This document shows positions 31,224-37,638 of a DNA stretch of 37,638 nt, piece after piece. Origin of the DNA: an uncultured Bacteroidales bacterium (lineage in GTDB: Bacteria > Bacteroidota > Bacteroidia > Bacteroidales > UBA7960); contig CAYXIT010000012.1 of assembly GCA_964465275.1 (NCBI GenBank), positions 1-37,638 of the forward strand, in the 5' to 3' direction. Under the pieces are notes generated by a model. The model searched no databases and was not told where the DNA came from. It saw nothing but the letters and a program-made list of their open reading frames with translations. A program made the position numbers and the translations under genes. Within the stretch, counting starts at the first letter, position 1; every line of letters starts with the position of its first letter.

Positions 31224-34019
31224 ATGAAAAGAATATCCCATCTCTATATTTTACTGGTGCTCATACTTCTGGGCATTAACATTTCCTCTTATGCCTTTCA
31301 AAATGAAAACCCGGAAATTGTTCCGAGTTTAATAAATAATCTTGGGTTGAGCAACCAGAATTGGGCCATATCTCAGGACCCTGTAAGCAAGTACATCTGC
31401 TTTGCCAACTCTGAAGGACTTGTCATTTACAATGGTATTAGCTGGCAAATCCACAGTTTACCTGAGAACATGCCGATACGTTCAGTGTATGCCCACTCAA
31501 ACGGTTGGATATTCACAGGTTCATTTGAAGAATTTGGTTACTGGATGTATGATCAAAACGGGAAAATATTTTATACCAGTCTATCTGAAGAGATTAATAT
31601 TGAAAGTAACGACGAGATATGGAAAATCTATGAAAAAAATGGTATAATTTATTTCCAGTCATTTACATCGATATATTTTTATGACTTTGAAAAATCTGAA
31701 AAGATCACTGCCCCTTTTACCATGCTTTTCCTTCATAAAATTGAAGAACAGTTTGTAACCCAGATACTGGAGATAGGTTTATTCACATTTGAAAACAATG
31801 AATTTCAAATGATTCCAGGCAGCGAGATATTTGCCGATAAAAAAGTACATGCCATTATACCCTATAAAGATCAGCAATGGATGATATGTACTGATAATGA
31901 TGGAATTTACATTTATGATCAGATAAAATTCCGGTATTTCAGTTCAGAAGCTACTGATTTTTTAAGGAGCTATACCTGCAATGCTGCTTTAAAGCTGAGT
32001 GAAAATGAGTTTGCTTTTGGAAGCATTTTAAACGGACTGATAATTACTGATATTGATGGCAATATCCAAAGAACATACAATACGGTCAGCGGACTGAAAA
32101 ACAACACTGTTCTATCTCTGTTCCGGGATATTGATTCAAGCCTTTGGGTGGGTATGGATGAGGGGGTAAATTATATTGATTTACTTTCACCCTTTACCAG
32201 ATATAAAACCCTTAACGGAGCTCCGGGGACAATATATGCTATGCTGACCTATCAGGATCATTTGTATATCGGTACAAATCATGGATTATTCAGAGCGTTT
32301 ATCAGTAAAAAAGGCCATGTTTATAATTTTAATGATCTTGAGTTTATCCCGGGCAGTCACGGCCAGGTATGGACACTCGATCTCATTGAAGATCAAATCA
32401 TTTGTGGACATAACGAAGGAACATTTCTGGTGAATAACGGAAGTCTGAAAAAAATTTCAGATATTACAGGGGGTTGGTCATATATTTTCCATAATGATCT
32501 TGTGCTGGGCGGAACTTATACCGGCATAATAGTAATGGATAAAGGCCCTGATGAAGAATGGCAGTTTCGCAACAAACTGGAAAATTTTACAGAACCCACA
32601 AGGTATCTTGAAGTCGATTATCTTGGTTATTTGTGGGCATCTCACCACCAAAAAGGTATTTATAAAATTGAACTTTCTGATGACCTGGCTGCTGCCGCTC
32701 ATGTTGAATTTATTCCTGATATCGACGGTAGAAGCTATAACATAAAAGTAATTAAAATAAATAACCGTGTTGTTTTTGTTACTCCTGATGGCATTTACAC
32801 ATACGATTTTGTAAGGAATGAAATAATCCCATTCGATGCTCTTACAAGTAACCTTGGAGATTTCAGCAATGCTTCACATATTTCACATCACATTAAAAAT
32901 AAATACTGGTTTATTAAAGAAGATAAACTGGCTCTTTTTGATATTGGTTTGGATTTTTCTGCAAACAAAGAATATGAAATTCATCAAATGAATATAAACC
33001 TTCCCCAACGACGAATACAGCCGGTAAAAATAGATCCTGATTTTATTCTTATCCCTAATCCCCAAAATTTTGATGCCTATAATTTAAGCTTATACAATGA
33101 GCGTGAACAATTCTCAAGACTTAATTTTCAGAAAATCATATTTTATAACCAACGTGACACTCTTTTCTTTTTTGATAAGGCCCCGAAGGATAAAATTAAA
33201 TGGAATGTAAATAACCTTACAGTTCATTTTTCTGATCCTTCAATCTTTGAAAATCCCGGAAAAATTTATGAATATCGGATACCTGAGTTGGAGCAATCAT
33301 GGCAAATTACCAATACAGGAACATTTACTTATCTGGATCTTAAACACGGCAGTTACACCCTGGAAATAAGAGATGATAACCAAAACATCATTCAAACAAC
33401 CTTCTCCATAGCAAGGCCCTGGTATCTTTCATTTACAGCCTGGATAATATATTTATTTGCCTTATTGCTTATTGTATGGGGTCTGGTTGAGTTTTTCCGT
33501 TTTGAAATCCGAAGGCAAAAAGAACTTGTTGCAATGCAATTGAAAAAAAATGTGCTTGAGAAAGAACTGGATTATAAAAGTTATGAGCTCATGCTTACCA
33601 TGCGGCACCTCCTTCTTAAGGATAATATGCTGAAAGACCTTGAAAAACAAATCAATTTCATAAGGGAACAATCATCAAAATACCCTGTAAAATTTATCAA
33701 AAACATGGAGAAGATCATTCACCAGGGTTTGGGAGCACAAAGTGCAGAGCTCGAAAATGCCATTAATAATCTTAAGCTTTCACAACAGGGCTTCTTTAAA
33801 GCATTAAAAGAAAAATACCCTGAATTAACACCTAATGATCTGCGATTATGTTCTTATCTGAGGATGAACTTCACAACCAAAGAAATTGCCCAATTGCTTA
33901 ATATCTCTACAAGAGGAGTTGAAATCAGTCGTCATCGTTTAAGAAAGAAACTCAACTTAAATCAGGAGGAGAACCTTTTTGAATTTCTTATGCAGGAGGA
34001 ATTCAATTTTTCTGAATAA
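31224..34019 (+). CDS. Membrane-anchored sensor-regulator: periplasmic two-component-regulator-propeller repeats + Y_Y_Y module, one TM helix, coiled linker, LuxR/GerE HTH; no kinase or receiver domain
   Basis: 931 aa. The signal or anchor is LYILLVLILLGINISSYA. Blade-like repeats include SEGLVIYNG, DNDGIYIYD, LNGLIITD, GMDEGVNYID, TNHGLFRA, HNEGTFLV, HQKGIYKIE and TPDGIYTYD. The Y_Y_Y-like block is YEYRIPELEQSWQ...GSYTLEIR. The TM is WYLSFTAWIIYLFALLLIVWGLV (about nt 33426-33494). The C-terminal HTH is TPNDLRLCSYLRMNFTTKEIAQLLNISTRGVEISRHRLRKKL. Confidence 0.8.
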   Translation: MKRISHLYILLVLILLGINISSYAFQNENPEIVPSLINNLGLSNQNWAISQDPVSKYICFANSEGLVIYNGISWQIHSLPENMPIRSVYAHSNGWIFTGSFEEFGYWMYDQNGKIFYTSLSEEINIESNDEIWKIYEKNGIIYFQSFTSIYFYDFEKSEKITAPFTMLFLHKIEEQFVTQILEIGLFTFENNEFQMIPGSEIFADKKVHAIIPYKDQQWMICTDNDGIYIYDQIKFRYFSSEATDFLRSYTCNAALKLSENEFAFGSILNGLIITDIDGNIQRTYNTVSGLKNNTVLSLFRDIDSSLWVGMDEGVNYIDLLSPFTRYKTLNGAPGTIYAMLTYQDHLYIGTNHGLFRAFISKKGHVYNFNDLEFIPGSHGQVWTLDLIEDQIICGHNEGTFLVNNGSLKKISDITGGWSYIFHNDLVLGGTYTGIIVMDKGPDEEWQFRNKLENFTEPTRYLEVDYLGYLWASHHQKGIYKIELSDDLAAAAHVEFIPDIDGRSYNIKVIKINNRVVFVTPDGIYTYDFVRNEIIPFDALTSNLGDFSNASHISHHIKNKYWFIKEDKLALFDIGLDFSANKEYEIHQMNINLPQRRIQPVKIDPDFILIPNPQNFDAYNLSLYNEREQFSRLNFQKIIFYNQRDTLFFFDKAPKDKIKWNVNNLTVHFSDPSIFENPGKIYEYRIPELEQSWQITNTGTFTYLDLKHGSYTLEIRDDNQNIIQTTFSIARPWYLSFTAWIIYLFALLLIVWGLVEFFRFEIRRQKELVAMQLKKNVLEKELDYKSYELMLTMRHLLLKDNMLKDLEKQINFIREQSSKYPVKFIKNMEKIIHQGLGAQSAELENAINNLKLSQQGFFKALKEKYPELTPNDLRLCSYLRMNFTTKEIAQLLNISTRGVEISRHRLRKKLNLNQEENLFEFLMQEEFNFSE

Positions 34020-34156
34020 ACTGCTATGTTTCAAACCGACTACTCCATATCGGGCATTTTTCATAAAATTTACCTTTCCGCTTAGGGTATTACAGGTATA
34101 ATTGTTTGTTACCATTTACAATTTATAACGCACTGATTATATTTACTTTATATTCG

Positions 34157-34219
34157 CCTGTGAAACTATTGCGAAACACCCGTTCGCAATCGATTGCGGC
34201 GCTGTGAAAGTGAATTGCT
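34157..34219. promoter_or_regulatory. Nested inverted/direct repeat cluster (ATTGCG half-sites and CTGTGAAA direct repeats); candidate operator upstream of susC
   Basis: The cluster reads cCTGTGAAAct-ATTGCGAA-acacccg-TTCGCAAT-cg-ATTGCG-gcg-CTGTGAAAgtga-ATTGC. The 8-bp inverted repeat is 34168-34175 / 34183-34190. The overlapping 14-bp palindrome is 34185-34198. CTGTGAAA occurs at 34158 and 34202. Confidence 0.35.
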
Positions 34220-34228
34220 TTAAAGAAG

Positions 34229-34259
34229 TTGACTCTGCCTTATCCGATATTTATATTTG
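34229..34259 (+). promoter_or_regulatory. Candidate susC promoter (-33-like TTG at 34229, -7 box TATATTTG at 34252-34259)
   Basis: The -7 box is an exact TAnnTTTG match, with a TTG 23 nt upstream of its start. This would give a 5' leader of about 105 nt before the susC ATG at 34370. Confidence 0.35.
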
Positions 34260-34369
34260 TATTGGTAAATAAACATAATTTATCAATACTTTTTAAATCC
34301 GGACTTAAATTACTATATTGTAATCATATCTTTTCTCCGATTTAGAAAACCATCATAAACCAACCCACC

Positions 34370-37300
34370 ATGAAGAAACATTTACTATTGATTTATTTGC
34401 TTTTAGGTGTTGTTTTTGCCGGACAGAGTCAGATCCGTATAAGCGGCGTAGTAACAGATGCGGCAGACGGATCTACCCTACCCGGCGTTACCATCAGGGT
34501 AAAAGACACCATGCAGGGAACCACAACCGACATTGATGGTAATTATGAGATTACGGCTGCACCGGATGCAATTCTCGTTTATACCTTCATTGGCATGACT
34601 CCCCGGGAAGTACCGGTTGAAGGAAGAACCGTTATTAATGTCACCATGACATCAGATGTAACAACATTACAGGAGGTAGTATTCATCGGCTATGGTACAG
34701 GAACCCGCCAGGACCTTACAGCGCCGATTACAACCGTTAAGGCAGAGGAAATATCCCGGCAAACCACAGCCAATCCGGCCCAGGCTCTGCAGGGGAAGGT
34801 AGCCGGTTTGCAGGTTACCAACCGGGGTGAACCAGGAAGTGATCCACAAATCAGGATCAGGGGTGTAAGTACAGTATTTGCCCAGGGAGGTGGTCCACTT
34901 TACGTTGTTGACGGAGTTATAGTTGATAATATTAACTTCCTGAACAACAACGATATTGAATCAATGACCGTTTTAAAAGATGCTTCTGCCGGAGCTATTT
35001 ACGGTGTGCAAGCTGCAAATGGTGTTATCCTGATAACTACAAAAGAAGGGAAAAAGGGTGACACACAGGTAGACTTTTCTACATATACAGGTTTTCAGAA
35101 CGCAACAAATATCCTGGAGATGTCAAATACTGAGCAATACATTGAATTGCTCAACCAAAGAACCGGGCTTACAGGTAGCGGAGACTTTTTTGATGCTGGT
35201 GATTATCCTTTCAGTACAAACTGGTATCAGGAACTCACCCGACCGGCAGTAATTACAAGCCACGAGCTAAGTATTTCGGGAGGAACTGAAAACTCATCAT
35301 ACAGTTATGGTGTTGGGTATTTTTACCAGGAGGGCATTTTAAATACGAACAATCCTGATAAAAACAATAATTTTAACCGACTTAATTTCAGGGCAAAAAA
35401 CGATTACTATTTTGATAATATTGATCTGGGTTACAACCTGATCTTTTCCCGAAACAATACCGTTCCGGCATATAATTATTCTCTTTTCCAGGCTTTTGTT
35501 GCGCCACCGGCCTTTTCTGCCAGGCAAGAAAATGATGAATGGACCGACCCCACCGCCCTGGGTTTTTCAGGACCTTTTGCCAATCCGGTTGCCAGTGCAT
35601 ATTATCACGATGTGGTGAATGATGAGTACAGGATTATACCAAGCGCATATCTTGAAGCCAGTTTCCTGGAATATTTAAAGTTCAGAAGCTCAATTAGTGC
35701 AAGACTAGCGTTTGGGCAGGGTAAAAGTTTTAACCCCGTTTATTACGTATCGGGGCTGCAAAACAACTCTACTACATCTCTTAATAAGAATAACAACTTT
35801 AATCGTAATCTCCAGTTTGATAACACCCTTGAATACAGCAGGCTATTCAACAATCACAATGTTCGCCTGATGGTGGGATCTTCTGTACAGGAATTCTTTT
35901 CGAACTTCTTAAGTGCTGCGGCTTTTAATGTTCCTGATTTAACATCTGAAACACAATATATTTCACTTGGTGATGACACAGGACGCAATGCTAATGATGG
36001 CGGATTTAAGAGCAGGGTGTTATCATTCTTTTCAAGAGCGAGTTATAGTTTCGATTCTAAATATCTTATGACTGCAACCATCAGGGCCGACGGTTCATCA
36101 AAATACAATGATCCCTGGGGTGTTTTCCCGTCTCTGGGTCTGGGCTGGGTTATCAGCCAGGAAGACTTTATGCCTGAAAGCAGGTATTTCGAGTATCTGA
36201 AGATAAGGGGTAGCTGGGGACAACTGGGAAACAATAATGTACCCGCAAACTCATCAATTATTGTGGGAAGCCCCGGACCCGGTACCACAGGTATTTTTGG
36301 AAATGATAATCCTGTACCCGGGCTTACATTTCAAACTGTTTACAATAACTTCCTGATATGGGAAACTGTTGAAGAATTTAATTTAGGAGCTGAAGTTTTC
36401 TCTTTTAATGACCGGCTTAGTCTCGAATTGGATTTTTATAGCCGTGTTACTGATAATGCGGTATTCTATGCTCCCATTCCGGGTGTTGCCGGAACCGGAA
36501 GCCTATTGGGTAATAACGGTAAAATAAGAAACCGTGGTATCGATCTTTCGCTGGGATGGTCTGACAGAAGTACCGATAGAGATTTTACTTATTCAATCAC
36601 GGGTAACTTTTCTACTGTTGACAATGAAGTACTTGAGATCCGAAACGAATCAGGGGTGATCTTCGGTGCATTGACAAACGGTCAGTTTCTTACCCGTACA
36701 ATGGTTGGTTATCCCGTAGGAGCATTTTTCGGCTACAATGTAATTGGTGTTTTCCAGAACCTTGGAGAAATAAACAGCTATACCGGCCCCGATGGATCCA
36801 TACTGCAACCCGATGCATTACCCGGAGATTTCAAATACGAAAATGTTAATAACGACAATCGTATTGATGATGAAGACAGGATTATGCTGGGAAGCCCCAT
36901 TCCAAAATTCACCTATGGTTTTACTGCTAATGTAACCTGGAAACAGTGGGATGCATCAGCTGTGTTCCAGGGAGTTTATGGAAACATGGTATACAATGCC
37001 AAGCGCACCATTCGCAATGTTTTTCCTGATGCAAACTACGATCGTGATTTTTATGACAATCACTGGACAGGTAGCGGATCTACCAACACCTATCCATCGG
37101 CAGCACTTACAAGGAGAAATATTTTTCCCAATTCATTCTTCCTTGAATCGGGGAGTTATTTCCGTATAAGAAGTGTTCAGATAGGTTACACTTTACCTGA
37201 AAACATCAGAAATAACATGAGAGTAAGAGCGTTACGTGTTTATTTCTCAGCACAGAATCCACTTACATTCTTCGGGTATAATGGATACACACCTGAAATA

Positions 37301-37387
37301 GGAGGTTCACCCATTGCCACAGGTATTGACAATGATACTTATCCGCTCAGTGCCACTTATACACTTGGTATAAATGTAAATTTTTAA
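34370..37387 (+). CDS. SusC/RagA-family TonB-dependent outer membrane transporter
   Basis: 1005 aa. After the signal peptide comes a carboxypeptidase-regulatory-like domain (ISGVVTDAADGSTLPGVTIRVK...TDIDGNYEI). The TonB-box/plug start is LQEVVFIGYGT, followed by the SusC-type barrel. The C-terminus ends TYTLGINVNF, with a terminal aromatic residue. Confidence 0.95.
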   Translation: MKKHLLLIYLLLGVVFAGQSQIRISGVVTDAADGSTLPGVTIRVKDTMQGTTTDIDGNYEITAAPDAILVYTFIGMTPREVPVEGRTVINVTMTSDVTTLQEVVFIGYGTGTRQDLTAPITTVKAEEISRQTTANPAQALQGKVAGLQVTNRGEPGSDPQIRIRGVSTVFAQGGGPLYVVDGVIVDNINFLNNNDIESMTVLKDASAGAIYGVQAANGVILITTKEGKKGDTQVDFSTYTGFQNATNILEMSNTEQYIELLNQRTGLTGSGDFFDAGDYPFSTNWYQELTRPAVITSHELSISGGTENSSYSYGVGYFYQEGILNTNNPDKNNNFNRLNFRAKNDYYFDNIDLGYNLIFSRNNTVPAYNYSLFQAFVAPPAFSARQENDEWTDPTALGFSGPFANPVASAYYHDVVNDEYRIIPSAYLEASFLEYLKFRSSISARLAFGQGKSFNPVYYVSGLQNNSTTSLNKNNNFNRNLQFDNTLEYSRLFNNHNVRLMVGSSVQEFFSNFLSAAAFNVPDLTSETQYISLGDDTGRNANDGGFKSRVLSFFSRASYSFDSKYLMTATIRADGSSKYNDPWGVFPSLGLGWVISQEDFMPESRYFEYLKIRGSWGQLGNNNVPANSSIIVGSPGPGTTGIFGNDNPVPGLTFQTVYNNFLIWETVEEFNLGAEVFSFNDRLSLELDFYSRVTDNAVFYAPIPGVAGTGSLLGNNGKIRNRGIDLSLGWSDRSTDRDFTYSITGNFSTVDNEVLEIRNESGVIFGALTNGQFLTRTMVGYPVGAFFGYNVIGVFQNLGEINSYTGPDGSILQPDALPGDFKYENVNNDNRIDDEDRIMLGSPIPKFTYGFTANVTWKQWDASAVFQGVYGNMVYNAKRTIRNVFPDANYDRDFYDNHWTGSGSTNTYPSAALTRRNIFPNSFFLESGSYFRIRSVQIGYTLPENIRNNMRVRALRVYFSAQNPLTFFGYNGYTPEIGGSPIATGIDNDTYPLSATYTLGINVNF

Positions 37388-37398
37388 ACTTTTAAGCC

Positions 37399-37638
37399 AT
37401 GAAAAAACTCATATTCAAAATATCAGCTTTATTTATTATGACCCTTATCATAGGGTTTACATTCAGTTCATGTGAAGACTTCCTTGATTTACCATTAGAA
37501 GGTGAATTACCCATCGACTACGAAAAAGAGCCGACTGCCGAAGAGGGTTTCAGGTATGTAAGCGCCGTATACGCTGGTCTCAGAAACTGGGGTGTAAGTG
37601 TATTTCCTTACATTGGTATGTTTGAAATCACCAGCGAT
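37399..37638 (+). CDS. SusD/RagB-family outer membrane lipoprotein (partial; 5' 80 codons only)
   Basis: The ATG lies 12 nt after the susC stop. Manual translation gives MKKLIFKISALFIMTLIIGFTFSSCEDFLDLPLEGELP...YAGLRNW. The lipobox Cys followed by (E/D)DFLD is the typical SusD N-terminus. The frame is open to the window end. Confidence 0.85.
   Translation, partial: MKKLIFKISALFIMTLIIGFTFSSCEDFLDLPLEGELPIDYEKEPTAEEGFRYVSAVYAGLRNWGVSVFPYIGMFEITSD

Noticed and set aside
1-37638. CRISPR arrays, defence systems (restriction-modification, Zorya-like MotAB with effector genes, toxin-antitoxin pairs), prophage or transposon remnants
   Set aside because: There are no regularly spaced repeats and no nuclease, helicase or methyltransferase genes. 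The MotA/ExbB homologue is of normal ExbB size with ExbD partners and no ZorC/D-like genes. There is no compositional break that I can see by eye.

Overview
AT-rich, densely coding chromosomal segment that reads as Bacteroidota. The lineage signals are a SusC/SusD pair, an S46 dipeptidyl-peptidase, a lipoprotein glutaminyl cyclase, TAnnTTTG -7 promoter boxes and almost no Shine-Dalgarno sites. I call 31 protein-coding genes, one tRNA-Ser(GGA), four strong rho-independent terminators and a few low-confidence promoter/operator candidates. Two of the genes are cut by the window edges, and one is a 55-codon ORF absent from the track. The content falls into these groups: (1) signalling genes: a soluble hybrid histidine kinase, a PAS-LuxR regulator and an Lrp/AsnC regulator; (2) peptide and amino-acid catabolism: glutaminyl cyclase, prolyl oligopeptidase, S46 DPP, PfpI and a methionine gamma-lyase-like enzyme; (3) an ExbB/ExbD motor cluster; (4) mlaEF-like ABC genes plus an FtsX-type permease; (5) gpmI and a mannose-1-P guanylyltransferase; (6) the start of a polysaccharide-utilisation-like locus (regulator, susC, susD). 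I found no CRISPR array, transposase, integrase, phage genes or recognisable defence genes, and no repeat of the tRNA 3' end. It therefore looks like core chromosome rather than an accessory island. I do not see compelling evidence for a wholly new multi-gene system. The best under-described candidates are: (i) a membrane-anchored beta-propeller/Y_Y_Y sensor fused directly to a LuxR HTH, with no phosphorelay, upstream of susC, together with a nested ATTGCG/CTGTGAAA repeat cluster at the susC promoter; (ii) a hybrid kinase with a degenerate receiver-like N-terminus that abuts a convergent PAS-LuxR gene with zero spacer; (iii) a 301-aa cytoplasmic mini YD-repeat protein apparently co-transcribed with a UPF0316/DUF2179 membrane protein; (iv) a PhoH2 (PIN-PhoH) gene preceded by an unusually long structured non-coding gap. 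All calls rest on by-eye motif recognition and manual translation. No searches or computations were run.
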